This document shows positions 39,517 through 49,838 of a DNA stretch of 64,000 bases, one piece after another (position 1 is the stretch's first letter; each line of letters starts with the position of its first letter). Where the stretch lies: contig CALSPG010000005.1 in the NCBI GenBank assembly GCA_943788175.1, positions 448,001 through 512,000 of the forward strand, read 5' to 3'. The stretch is from an uncultured bacterium. GTDB taxonomy: Bacteria; Fidelibacterota; Marinisomatia; Marinisomatales; UBA1611. Made by a program: the position numbers and the translations under genes. The notes under the pieces are model-generated. The model was not told the DNA's origin. It made no database searches and worked only from the letters and a program-made list of their open reading frames with translations.

Positions 39517-42171
39517 ATGAAAAAATTTATATTCCTCACACTCCTCTCAGGTTTCTTATTTAGTTCAAATGGTAAGCTAACTGGCACAATAACTCAAAAG
39601 TCTGATAATGCTCCTGCTGTAGGCGTCAATATAATGATTGCCGATACATATTTGGGTGCAGCTTCTGCACAGGATGGAAGATTTGTAATTTTAAACATCC
39701 CTCCAGGAACGTATTCTGTTAGGGTGGATGCTATCGGGTTTGCTCCAGTTGTTCTTCAAAATGTCAGGATTACGACATCTCAAACCACAGAAATCAATAT
39801 TAAACTCGATGAATCAGTTGTGGAAGGTCAAGAGGTCACTGTTGTTGCGGAAAGACCTTTAATTCAGAAAGACTTAACTGCTTCTCAACGGGTTACAACG
39901 GCTAAGGAAATTGCAGATATGCCGGTTGAATCTTTCCTTGGCGTTCTATCAACACATGCAGGTGTAAATAAAAGTGCTGATGGTGCTTTGCATGTCAGAG
40001 GTGGTAGAAGCAATGAAGTTGGGTATTATATCGGCGGTGTTTCTATGTCAAACCCGTTTTTCACAAACTCATTAGCAGTCGGTTTAAGTAATAAAGCTCT
40101 GGAAGAAATGAAGCTCGTTAGTGGCGCTTTCAATGCAGAATATGGGAACGCGATGAGTGGAGTTGTGAACGTAAAAGTAAAAGATGGTGGCAAAAAATAT
40201 CAAGGTAGTCTTTCTTATTATGCCGGTGATTATAATTCAAATGCAGAAGATATTTTTCCTAATATTTCCGATCAGTCTTTTACGGCAAATACCACCTTAG
40301 ATGCATTTGTGTCTGGACCGGTGATTCCAGGTTTAGGTGATAAATTAACGTTTAATATTTCTGTAAGGAGAAACCAAAGTGAAGGTTATCTTAATGGTAT
40401 AAGAGAACATTCTCCTGGTGATTTTGCTTATTTCCCGCCCAGTGGGAATTGGTATATCCAAATGACCGGTGATAGTAATTATGTTCCAATGAACCCTAGC
40501 GAGAGCAATAACTTTCTTTCAAAATTTACGTGGAGACTCTCACCGAGGATTAAAATATCTACTCAATCGATTATGTCTCAGTCTCAAAGTAAGAGCTATT
40601 CACATGCTTATAAATACAACCCTGAAGGCATAGCCACTGGCTACACACAAAATAATAACCATTCATTGCAAATCAATCATTCACTTTCTCCAAAAAGTTT
40701 CTATGAAGGCAATGTCTTCTTTAGTGATACTGATTATAAGAATTATTTATATGCAGATACATTAGATCAGCGGTACGTAAATACAGACTATATTAATACT
40801 GAGCCAACATCTGCTACTTTTTTATTTGGTGGTACGCAGATGGGGCATACATATAGAAACTCAAAATCTGTTGGCGGTAAGTTCGACTTCACGAGCCAAA
40901 TAAGCTCTAACCATGAAATAAAAACTGGGTTTAGTTTTAGAAATGATAATTTAGTTGAAAGAAACCTTACTGTGCTATTTGATCAAAATTTTGATGAACC
41001 AACTGTATTATCTGAGAATAAATCTCCTTATCACATTTTCTATGATAAAGATGCTGTTCAGTATTCAGCTTATATCCAAGATAAAATGGAATATAGCTCT
41101 ATGATAATGAACGCTGGTATTCGTTATGATGCCTTTGTTCCTAATGATTCAACTATTGCTAATTTGCTTTATCCCGAGGCAGACCAAAAAGAAGCGAAAA
41201 CAAAGACAATGGTCTCTCCCCGGGTTGGTGTCTCTTTACCTATAACGGAGAAAGGTATTTTCCACTTTTCTTATGGGCATTTTTATCAAATGCCAACTTT
41301 AAGGAATCTATATAGAGAAAGTTATTTTGGTGCAGGACTGGCACCAACGGTTGGAAATCCTGACCTCAAACCAGAAAAAACAGTTTTGTATGAATTTGGC
41401 TTTCAACAACAGTTCGGTAATCTAATTGGAATGGACTTTAATGTGTTTTATAAAGATATTCGCGAGCTTTTAGCTTTACAGAGTATTCGATATAATAGTC
41501 CGAACTATGGCCCTTCTAATTATTCAATATATTTAAACAAAGATTATGGAAGCGCAAGGGGCTTGACGCTATCTATTACTAAAAGGTATGACCCGGTGTC
41601 AAGAACGAGCTTATGGGTAGATTATACCTACCAGAAATCTGAAGGAAACTCTGTTAACTCTGGGTCTTTTTACTTTAGTGCGCTTAGTGGTACAGAGGAA
41701 GAGAAGCTTATTGTACCTTTATCATGGGATCAGTCTCATTTACTTAATACAACTTTGATTGTTGGAGACCCATCAAAAACGACACTTGGTATCATTGGAA
41801 AAATCTCAACTGGTTGGCCTTACACGCCATCCATTCCAAATGCAAACTTCATTCCTAAGCCAAATAGTGGCAGGAAACCTATTCAAAGAAATGTTGATGC
41901 AAAGTTAGAAACGAGAGTGTCAGTTAAAGGATATAGGGTTGCATTATTTGTCAGGGTATATAATTTATTTGATCTTCGTAATGAACGATATGTATTTGAT
42001 GATACTGGAACAGCAAAGTACACATATGAATATCGTAGTAATCAAGAGTCTGAGCAATTGATTGAAAATTATGGAATGCCTGGTCTTCATACATGGGAAG
42101 ATTATGTCACGAGGCCAAATTATTATTCTGCTCCTAGGTCTTTTAAAGTAGGATTAAGTCTGGATTTATAA
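39517..42171 (+). CDS. TonB-dependent receptor
   Basis: Carboxypeptidase-regulatory-like N-domain, HVRGGRSNE, SGAFNAEYGNAMSGVVN, GNPDLKPE. Confidence 0.92.
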   Translation: MKKFIFLTLLSGFLFSSNGKLTGTITQKSDNAPAVGVNIMIADTYLGAASAQDGRFVILNIPPGTYSVRVDAIGFAPVVLQNVRITTSQTTEINIKLDESVVEGQEVTVVAERPLIQKDLTASQRVTTAKEIADMPVESFLGVLSTHAGVNKSADGALHVRGGRSNEVGYYIGGVSMSNPFFTNSLAVGLSNKALEEMKLVSGAFNAEYGNAMSGVVNVKVKDGGKKYQGSLSYYAGDYNSNAEDIFPNISDQSFTANTTLDAFVSGPVIPGLGDKLTFNISVRRNQSEGYLNGIREHSPGDFAYFPPSGNWYIQMTGDSNYVPMNPSESNNFLSKFTWRLSPRIKISTQSIMSQSQSKSYSHAYKYNPEGIATGYTQNNNHSLQINHSLSPKSFYEGNVFFSDTDYKNYLYADTLDQRYVNTDYINTEPTSATFLFGGTQMGHTYRNSKSVGGKFDFTSQISSNHEIKTGFSFRNDNLVERNLTVLFDQNFDEPTVLSENKSPYHIFYDKDAVQYSAYIQDKMEYSSMIMNAGIRYDAFVPNDSTIANLLYPEADQKEAKTKTMVSPRVGVSLPITEKGIFHFSYGHFYQMPTLRNLYRESYFGAGLAPTVGNPDLKPEKTVLYEFGFQQQFGNLIGMDFNVFYKDIRELLALQSIRYNSPNYGPSNYSIYLNKDYGSARGLTLSITKRYDPVSRTSLWVDYTYQKSEGNSVNSGSFYFSALSGTEEEKLIVPLSWDQSHLLNTTLIVGDPSKTTLGIIGKISTGWPYTPSIPNANFIPKPNSGRKPIQRNVDAKLETRVSVKGYRVALFVRVYNLFDLRNERYVFDDTGTAKYTYEYRSNQESEQLIENYGMPGLHTWEDYVTRPNYYSAPRSFKVGLSLDL

Positions 42172-42177
42172 AATAGT

Positions 42178-45100
42178 ATGATGAGAATAATAATATTAAT
42201 TACTTTTTGTGTCGGATCTTTATTTTCAAATCTATATGGTCAATGGCCTTTTGGAAAAGATATTGATTGGTATATTGATGGACCAAAGAAAAATTGGACA
42301 AAGCGTGATCATGATCGCTACTATAGATGGAGAGATAGGCTTTCAGCGTCTAGGAAAGCTGAAACAACTGATGAGCAAATTTTGCCAAGGCAAAAAGCGA
42401 TTTTAAACGGCAATAAAATAACGACCGAAATATGGAATTACGGCTCGATTAGTAGTCCAGGTAATAGAGTCACAGACATTGTCTGGGAGACACTAGGCTA
42501 TGGATATGAGTTTGGACCATTTATTTGTGCAAAAGTTCCTTTATTATCTGATGGTCATCAAGATGCTTTTTATGAAGTATCAAATGGTGACACTTCATGG
42601 TATGCTAGAATGATTAGTGATGGATTAACTTCTTTAGGGGGAGAAGTCTCTCCTGATGGTTTAGAGTTTTATGGTTGGGAACCATTGGCTTTTAATGATG
42701 ACTTAACAGTCCCTTACGGCGACCCAACTAGTGAGAATATTCCAACTAGTAATGATTTAGATAGAGATGGTGATGGAAAACCAGATAGTTGGCCGTTTGG
42801 TTGGTATAATCCTAATTTGAAAGATTACGTTTGGCCTGGTGCTCTTAGGCAAGGTGCTTCAAATTCTGATCTGGAGTCCTTCTTTGTGGTGGATGATAGA
42901 ACAAATAAAGAATTTGACTACTATCCTTTTACTAGCGATTCTACGAAACGCGGTTTGGGGATTGAAATAGAATCAAGGTATTACCAATGGGCGAATCCGT
43001 TAGCTGAAGATATAATTTTTCTAATTTATAAAGTGACGAATAAAAGTGATAAAGACCTTGAAGAGGTTACCTTTGGAATGTGGGGTGATCCCCACGTTGG
43101 CGGTCCTTCTAATTGGCAAGATGATTTATCTTATTTTGATCGTGACCTTAATATGGTTTACTGTTGGGATGCAGATGGAATTTCTGATGTATCAGGAAAA
43201 GAGCCTGGTTACTTTGGATATAAGTTTTTAGAGAGTCCTGGTCAGCCCTATGATGGTATTGATAATGACAATGATGGTTTACTCGATGAGAGACAGGACA
43301 ATGGTATAGATGAAGATGGTGATTGGAATGTTGAAAAGCACGATGTCGGTATTGATGGTATCCCAAATACAGGAGATGAAGGTGAAGATGATGGCGTTCC
43401 AACTCCTGGAGATCAATTTGATTTAAGAAAGCCGGGAGAACCAAATATAGATTGGACAGATTTAGATGAGTCTGACATGGTAGGTTTAACTGGATTTGCC
43501 TCACCGCCATTCACGAGTCAAAATAGAATATCAAATGATCAATTTATTTTTGAAAATTATTTAACGCCTGGTGTCTTTGATTCAGCCAATTCTGTTCAAG
43601 CTGGAGACTATATATTTATTTACAGCTCAGGTCCCATAAGCTTGCCTAAAAATGAGTCTAGAAGATTCAGTATTGCGTTAATAGTTGGCCAAGATTATGA
43701 TGATTTGACATTGAATGCGACTACTGCGCAAGATATTTACGAAAAAAACTATCAATTTGCTAAGCCACCGGAAAAACCAAATGTTACCGCGGTCCCTGGT
43801 GATCAAAAGGTAACGTTGTATTGGGATGATGTTGCAGAATCTAGCTTTGATCCGATTACAGAAACCTATGACTTTGAGGGTTATGTAATTTATCGTTCAA
43901 CAGATCCTTCTTTCTTAGATCAGCAAACAATCACGGATGCAAATGGTTCTAAATTTTTGTTTGAACCTTTAAAGACAGTGGATGGAGCATCTGCTAAATT
44001 TGATTTAGTAAATGATTATACTGGTCTTAGTCAAATACCTTATTCTGGAAGAGGTGTTAGTTATAATTTAGGAAACAATACGGGTTTGCGTCATGTATTC
44101 GTAGATTCAAATAATGTTGTCAATGGGCAAAAATATTACTACGCTGTTGTTTCTTATGATCATGGAGATGCTGCATTAGAAGTTGCACCTGTAGAATGTT
44201 CAAAAACAATTACAGTAAACCCTGAAACAGGGGAAATTTTATTAGACGTCAACACGATAGCAGTAGTTCCAAGAACAATGACAGCAGGTTATGTCGCTTC
44301 ATCAATAACAAATAATGCACCAAGTCAAGTTCAAGGTAATGGTACCGGATTAATTAATCTAGAAATCATTGATCCTTCTTCGATACAAGATCAAAATAAT
44401 TTTCAGATTGTTTTTAATGAAGACGATGGGCTTAGTTATAGTGTCTTAGATGAAAAAGAAGTATCAGACACATTGACAGCGCGATTGGGTAATTATCATA
44501 AATTATCTTACAAAAACATTGATAGTTTGAGTTTCAAACTTATCGGTTCTAATGGCGCATTGCTTAGCAGTGGTGTTGATTATGATTTATTGGATAAGGA
44601 TGGTCAAATTTTAATTTATGCGGATGGCGCAATAGCCGAATCTGAAGAAATAACCGCAACGTTTATTTATTATCCTATTGTGAATAGTAAAAAGTTAAGC
44701 TTAGAGGAAGGGAATCCAATTTTTGATGGTATGACTTTGTCTGTTCAAAATCAGGGTTTGGCTTTAGAAGAACAAAAAATAGGTTGGAATGCTAGTACTT
44801 TAACTAACTGGGAGCCAACTGTCAAACCATTCAACAATCTAGGTGCTAATAAATATCCAGCTGACTACGAGCTTCGTTGGTTTAGTGATACCGTTAGTAG
44901 TAATTATCGTCCTGGATATGAATATGTCAAAGCAAATTTTGAAATATGGGAAACAACAAGAGGTTTCGAGCAAAAACAATTACCTTTTGTCCTAATTGAA
45001 AGTGCTCCCTTTGATAGCCTTTGGAATCCTGGTGAGCGTATTATAATTCTTCAGGACTCTACAATGAATTCATTTTCTTGGGAGCTAACATTTGACACGA

Positions 45101-45546
45101 CAGATGCTCCAGTTTCACCTTCTTCAGGAGACATTTTTTCTATATTTACAACAAGGTCCTTTTCTGATGATAAATTTACATTCACTACTTCATCTGCAAA
45201 GGAAGATAAGGTGGTTGAAAAGGATAATATGGATGATATTTATGTAGTGCCTAATCCTTATGTTGTTTCGAGTAATATTGAACCTCTAGATCTTCAAAAC
45301 CCATTAGATAGAGGACCACGAAGAGTTTATTTCGCAAATATCCCAGCAAATTGTACAATCGATATTTATACAATGTCTGGTGAAATAGTAAAGTCTTTAA
45401 AACATGACAGTGCAATTGAAGATGGTATAAAATATTGGGATCTCACAACTTCAGATAATTTTCCTGTTTCATTTGGTATGTATATATATCATGTTAAGAG
45501 TGAAGATGGAAACGAATCGACAGGAAGGTTTGCAATCATTAAATAA
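42178..45546 (+). CDS. Large secreted protein with acidic Ca-binding-like repeats, FN3-like domain and variant CTD
   Basis: Signal peptide; DGIDNDNDGLLDE; VPGDQKVTLYWD; IYVVPNPY...FGMYIYHV...GRFAIIK. Confidence 0.75.
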   Translation: MMRIIILITFCVGSLFSNLYGQWPFGKDIDWYIDGPKKNWTKRDHDRYYRWRDRLSASRKAETTDEQILPRQKAILNGNKITTEIWNYGSISSPGNRVTDIVWETLGYGYEFGPFICAKVPLLSDGHQDAFYEVSNGDTSWYARMISDGLTSLGGEVSPDGLEFYGWEPLAFNDDLTVPYGDPTSENIPTSNDLDRDGDGKPDSWPFGWYNPNLKDYVWPGALRQGASNSDLESFFVVDDRTNKEFDYYPFTSDSTKRGLGIEIESRYYQWANPLAEDIIFLIYKVTNKSDKDLEEVTFGMWGDPHVGGPSNWQDDLSYFDRDLNMVYCWDADGISDVSGKEPGYFGYKFLESPGQPYDGIDNDNDGLLDERQDNGIDEDGDWNVEKHDVGIDGIPNTGDEGEDDGVPTPGDQFDLRKPGEPNIDWTDLDESDMVGLTGFASPPFTSQNRISNDQFIFENYLTPGVFDSANSVQAGDYIFIYSSGPISLPKNESRRFSIALIVGQDYDDLTLNATTAQDIYEKNYQFAKPPEKPNVTAVPGDQKVTLYWDDVAESSFDPITETYDFEGYVIYRSTDPSFLDQQTITDANGSKFLFEPLKTVDGASAKFDLVNDYTGLSQIPYSGRGVSYNLGNNTGLRHVFVDSNNVVNGQKYYYAVVSYDHGDAALEVAPVECSKTITVNPETGEILLDVNTIAVVPRTMTAGYVASSITNNAPSQVQGNGTGLINLEIIDPSSIQDQNNFQIVFNEDDGLSYSVLDEKEVSDTLTARLGNYHKLSYKNIDSLSFKLIGSNGALLSSGVDYDLLDKDGQILIYADGAIAESEEITATFIYYPIVNSKKLSLEEGNPIFDGMTLSVQNQGLALEEQKIGWNASTLTNWEPTVKPFNNLGANKYPADYELRWFSDTVSSNYRPGYEYVKANFEIWETTRGFEQKQLPFVLIESAPFDSLWNPGERIIILQDSTMNSFSWELTFDTTDAPVSPSSGDIFSIFTTRSFSDDKFTFTTSSAKEDKVVEKDNMDDIYVVPNPYVVSSNIEPLDLQNPLDRGPRRVYFANIPANCTIDIYTMSGEIVKSLKHDSAIEDGIKYWDLTTSDNFPVSFGMYIYHVKSEDGNESTGRFAIIK

Positions 45547-46580
45547 TGCAATTTTATAAAAATATAGTATCCTTTCTAATAATTGCTTCTACTTTTAGTC
45601 TAGCTCAGCTAGAGAATAGCCAAGATATTTCTAAGGTCGGAACAACCGCTGCTCAATTTTTAAAAATCAGTGCAGGTTCTAGGGGTCTAGCAATGGGGAA
45701 TGCGAATGTTGCCATCGCAAATGATTTATCTAGCGGATTTTGGAATCCTGCTGGTTTAGCCCACTTAAAAGGCATTCAAGTATACTTTGAAAATAATGGC
45801 TGGTTAGCTGGCACCGATTATAATTTTGGCTCATTTGGTTTTGAATGGCCAAGAGTAGGCGTTTTTTCATTATCACTTACTATGCTGACGACACCAGATG
45901 ATTTAGTTAGGACTGTCGAAAACCCATCTGGTACGGGTGAAAAATTCAACTCACAAGATATGTCAATAGGCCTGAGTATTGGTAAAAAATTGACAGATGA
46001 CCTTTCATTAGGCGCGACAATTAAAAATATTAGACAGCGGATATGGCATTCTACTGGCCAAACAGTTGGTGTTGACATTGGCGTCCAGTATAATACACCT
46101 ATTAAAAACTTAATCCTTGGGGCGAGTATTGCAAACTTTGGCAATGATATCTCATTAACAGGTAGAGATATGAATTTAAGTGTTGACCCTGATCCGACAA
46201 ATCAAGGCAATATTGAATTCGTAAATGCACAGTATGAGACCGATGCTTTCCCATTACCGCTACTATTTAGAGTCGGACTAGGTGGCTACCTTGTTAAAAA
46301 AGAAAATTTAGATGTGCTCTTAGCTTTTGATGCTGTTCATCCAAATGATAATTATGAATATATAAACATTGGGTTTGAGACAAATATAAATAATATGTTT
46401 TCTATTCGTGCTGGTTATCCTAGCATTGGGAAAAAAGATGCAATCGAAGGCGCCTCCTTTGGTTTTGGTCTTAAATATCCAATCCTGAACTCTACGAATA
46501 ATTTTACAATTGATTATACATCAGCAGATTTTGGCCCTTTAGGGATAGTTCAAAGAGTATCCATTAGTTTTAATTACTAA
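45546..46580 (+). CDS. PorV/PorQ-family outer-membrane beta-barrel
   Basis: GTTAAQFLKISAGSRGLAMG..FWNPAGLA, LPLLFRVG, terminal aromatic residue. Confidence 0.85.
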   Translation: MQFYKNIVSFLIIASTFSLAQLENSQDISKVGTTAAQFLKISAGSRGLAMGNANVAIANDLSSGFWNPAGLAHLKGIQVYFENNGWLAGTDYNFGSFGFEWPRVGVFSLSLTMLTTPDDLVRTVENPSGTGEKFNSQDMSIGLSIGKKLTDDLSLGATIKNIRQRIWHSTGQTVGVDIGVQYNTPIKNLILGASIANFGNDISLTGRDMNLSVDPDPTNQGNIEFVNAQYETDAFPLPLLFRVGLGGYLVKKENLDVLLAFDAVHPNDNYEYINIGFETNINNMFSIRAGYPSIGKKDAIEGASFGFGLKYPILNSTNNFTIDYTSADFGPLGIVQRVSISFNY

Positions 46581-46609
46581 TACATATAGCACTTATCAAC
46601 TTCTCTATA

Positions 46610-47890
46610 ATGAATAGAGCGTTTTTTTTAGTTTCTTTTGTATTATTGCCTTCACTGATTTTTTCTCAGCTTGATGATGTTGGAGTCACGCTCCAAGTTG
46701 ACCCTCCTTTTTCATCTCGTGATAGTCTAGACTATTTTATTATAGAAGGCGAATCTCCATTATTTGAAAGAGATATCGAAGGCGCAGCACTTAATATTTA
46801 TGGTGATGAAATTGAAGAAGTCATTTTTAAAATATTTCAAGATGGCGAGGACTCCCTCCAAATTTTTGGTAGGATATTTAATCAACCGAGTGATGAAAAC
46901 ACAATTGGAACATTTTTAAAAGAAATAAAAGATTCACCAATTTATTTTTCATATAAAATATTAGCAAAAAGTAGAATACAATTAAAGTCGATTATCATTT
47001 TCCCCATAGATATAGAACTACCGGGATTAGCAAAAGGGCTAGGAGCTATATCTGGAACAGTTCCAAAACCTGCAATAATTAGCAGAGAAGAATGGGGCGC
47101 AGAGGACTCGAAATCATCTTACAGCTATCATCCTTATTTTGACAAACTCACTCTTCACCACGCAGCTTGCTGCAGTGCAGATGATATAGAAGAAGGAAAA
47201 GATCAGGTTTATTGGATTCAAGACTTTCATCAAAATGGAAGAGGGTGGAATGATATTGGGTACCATTTTCTTGTAGATAGAGGAGGCAACATATACCAAG
47301 GTCGTCCTGAGACTGTTATCGGTGCTCATGTGGGGGGAGCAAATACGGGTAATATTGGTGTCTGTCTACTGGGTTGTTACCATCCTCCAGAGGTATCTTG
47401 TTTGCAAGAGATAACGAATGAAAGTAGAGAAGCGATAGTAAAACTTTTTTCTTGGATCTCAGACACATATGGACAAGATCCGTCTTTGTTATTAGGTCAC
47501 CGTGATTATTTTGGTACAACGGCTTGTCCAGGTGATAATGTATCGATAGATCTTCCGAGGTTTAGAGCTGAAATATTTGATTTCACACAATCCTACTTTG
47601 AGATACCGCCTATTTCAATCTTTAAATCACCTTACCCAAATCCATTTTTTAATTCGATTTCTTTTAATTTCGATTTAATAGACCAAATGGATTTCAGAAT
47701 GAATATTTATGATATTCTAGGAAGAAAAGTTAATATGATTGAACGGAATAATGCAGCTTCTGGAAGATTGACTCTTTTTTGGGATGGTAAAGATTTTGAT
47801 GGCAAAAAATTAGGTTCAGGTATCTATATTGCAAAACTGGCTTCTTTTAATGATGTTGAGCCTTTAAAAGTTGTTTTATTAAAAAAATAG
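46610..47890 (+). CDS. PGRP-like N-acetylmuramoyl-L-alanine amidase (Amidase_2) with CTD
   Basis: IISREEWGA, LHH, GWNDIGYHF, GAH, GHRD..TACPG (Zn ligands intact); PYPNPF...LLKK. Confidence 0.9.
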   Translation: MNRAFFLVSFVLLPSLIFSQLDDVGVTLQVDPPFSSRDSLDYFIIEGESPLFERDIEGAALNIYGDEIEEVIFKIFQDGEDSLQIFGRIFNQPSDENTIGTFLKEIKDSPIYFSYKILAKSRIQLKSIIIFPIDIELPGLAKGLGAISGTVPKPAIISREEWGAEDSKSSYSYHPYFDKLTLHHAACCSADDIEEGKDQVYWIQDFHQNGRGWNDIGYHFLVDRGGNIYQGRPETVIGAHVGGANTGNIGVCLLGCYHPPEVSCLQEITNESREAIVKLFSWISDTYGQDPSLLLGHRDYFGTTACPGDNVSIDLPRFRAEIFDFTQSYFEIPPISIFKSPYPNPFFNSISFNFDLIDQMDFRMNIYDILGRKVNMIERNNAASGRLTLFWDGKDFDGKKLGSGIYIAKLASFNDVEPLKVVLLKK

Positions 47891-47908
47891 AACAACCTCA
47901 TTATAGAA

Positions 47909-48583
47909 TCAATGTGAATGGCCTAAAAAATTATAGGTCAGATAAATAAACCCGACACCAAGAATTAAGCAACCGCTTAGAACCTCTTGGTTTATATTTA
48001 TTTTAAGATTGTTGAATTTTTCAATAATTATATTTTTAGCGAAATTGAAAGTTAATACAACTAGAAATAGTACAAGTGCTATTCCTAGAACGTATATCAA
48101 TATAAAGCCAATAATAGAATATATAGAGGGAGTCATTCCTGTCATCATTACAACAGCAAGAGAAGATGCGCACGGTAAAATACCTGTTAGCAAACCAACT
48201 GTGATGGGATTTTCTATTTTTGAATCGCCAAAATCCCCATGATTATGACCACAATCATTTGAATGAACATGTCTCATTTTATATATGGCTTTTCCAAGAA
48301 TATAAGAACCAAAGCTGATAATTATTACAGGCGCAATCCAATGAGAAAATTCATGCAAAAAAGAACTGGCGACCTCTGCTAAAATTATATTAAATATTAT
48401 AGCAATAATACTTAGTACTAAAAAATGAGATACTAATAAACTGAGGGTAAGTAGTATGATTTTTTGAAAATCTAGTTTTCCTCCAACAGTATATGCCAAT
48501 AAAAAAGTTTTGCCATGGCCAGGTTCTAAAGCATGTAAGCAACCTAATAAAAAAATAGAGGTGAAAGTAAGCGAGTCAGCCAT
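47909..48583 (-). CDS. RcnA-like nickel/cobalt transporter
   Basis: LHALEPGHGKT, short His loop HVHSNDCGHNH, GILPC. Confidence 0.8.
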   Translation of the reverse strand: MADSLTFTSIFLLGCLHALEPGHGKTFLLAYTVGGKLDFQKIILLTLSLLVSHFLVLSIIAIIFNIILAEVASSFLHEFSHWIAPVIIISFGSYILGKAIYKMRHVHSNDCGHNHGDFGDSKIENPITVGLLTGILPCASSLAVVMMTGMTPSIYSIIGFILIYVLGIALVLFLVVLTFNFAKNIIIEKFNNLKININQEVLSGCLILGVGFIYLTYNFLGHSH

Positions 48584-48587
48584 AGAA

Positions 48588-49838
48588 CTAATATTTTAAA
48601 ATATCGTCGGCTGTTACTCCGCGTTTTAGATTTTTATATAGGCCGCTATTTCCCCACAATCTATTGAGCCCACTTTCTTTAATTTTTATCTTATCAGGAT
48701 ACATATTATAAATGGAAAATAAGGTCAAAACGCCAACGTCAATGCTTCTATACCGATTTCGGTCCGTTATCCAGATCTCAATTCCACTACATTTTTTATT
48801 TTTAAATTTGGGGTTCTCAGACTTTCCTTTTATTGTTTGAGGTGTAAATGTTTTTGGAACGAATACAACGCCAGGAAGCTTAAAGTTGTTTAAAACCTGT
48901 GATAGCTTTTTTCCATCAATCCAAGGAGCGCCTATCCATTTAAAAGGATTTGGCGTTCCTCGACCTTCACTAACATTTGTAGCTTCGAATAGGCACATCC
49001 CCGGATATATTATGGCAGTTTTAAGATCTGGAATATTCGGAGAAGGTGGTATCCACGGTAAGTCTGTTTGGTCAAACCAAGCGTTTGGTTGCCATCCTTC
49101 CATTTTAATTATTTCAAGTTCTGGCAATGAGGCTATCCACTTATTTTTCAATATTTCAATCGCAAGTTCACCCACAGTACCTCCATATCGAGTAGGAATT
49201 GGGTAATGTCCAACAAATGATTTGTATGCAAGATCAAGGATAGGACCTTCAATTATATCTCCGCGAATTGGATTCGGTCTATCAAGAACTAATATAGGAA
49301 TTCCTAGTTCTGCACCAGTTTCCATCACAAGTCCTAATGTTGAAATATAAGTATAAAAACGCGCTCCGATATCTTGGATATCATAGATGATAAGGTTAAC
49401 GCCTTCAAGCATTTCAGCGCTTGGTTTTCGTGTTCCACCATATAAACTAATGACTTTAGGCAGTTTTTCAATATCAGTATAATTTATTTTTTCACCAGCT
49501 TCAGACTCTCCAAAAAGGCCATGCTCTGGAGAAAAAATAACTTTTAATTCTACATCATCAATTTCCATTAGTCGTTTATAGTTAGGAATGGAGTTTTTAT
49601 CAACTCCACTATGGTTAGTTACTAACGCAATTTTTCTTGATTGTATGAAATGTAGTTTTTTTTTAAGGAGCACATCAATACCATTTAGAACAGTTATTTT
49701 TGCACTAATTGGTTTCCTTTTATTTTGAAAATACATTGATTGTGCTTGATGGATTCCTATACTTTTTTTATTCTGTTGGCAACTGATTGGTGATAATATG
49801 AAACACAAATAAAAAAATATTTTCAGATATAGATTCAT
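48588..49838 (-). CDS. namZ: Exo-beta-N-acetylmuramidase NamZ family (DUF1343), lipoprotein
   Basis: LVTNHSG, FSPEHG, DIQDIGARFYTYI, DRPNP, SEGRGT; PISC lipobox. Confidence 0.9.
   Translation of the reverse strand: MNLYLKIFFYLCFILSPISCQQNKKSIGIHQAQSMYFQNKRKPISAKITVLNGIDVLLKKKLHFIQSRKIALVTNHSGVDKNSIPNYKRLMEIDDVELKVIFSPEHGLFGESEAGEKINYTDIEKLPKVISLYGGTRKPSAEMLEGVNLIIYDIQDIGARFYTYISTLGLVMETGAELGIPILVLDRPNPIRGDIIEGPILDLAYKSFVGHYPIPTRYGGTVGELAIEILKNKWIASLPELEIIKMEGWQPNAWFDQTDLPWIPPSPNIPDLKTAIIYPGMCLFEATNVSEGRGTPNPFKWIGAPWIDGKKLSQVLNNFKLPGVVFVPKTFTPQTIKGKSENPKFKNKKCSGIEIWITDRNRYRSIDVGVLTLFSIYNMYPDKIKIKESGLNRLWGNSGLYKNLKRGVTADDILKY

Noticed and set aside
27010-45546. Recurring gatggtgatgg-like sequences as a DNA repeat array or CRISPR
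   Set aside because: They are irregularly spaced codons for DxDGDG protein motifs within long ORFs.
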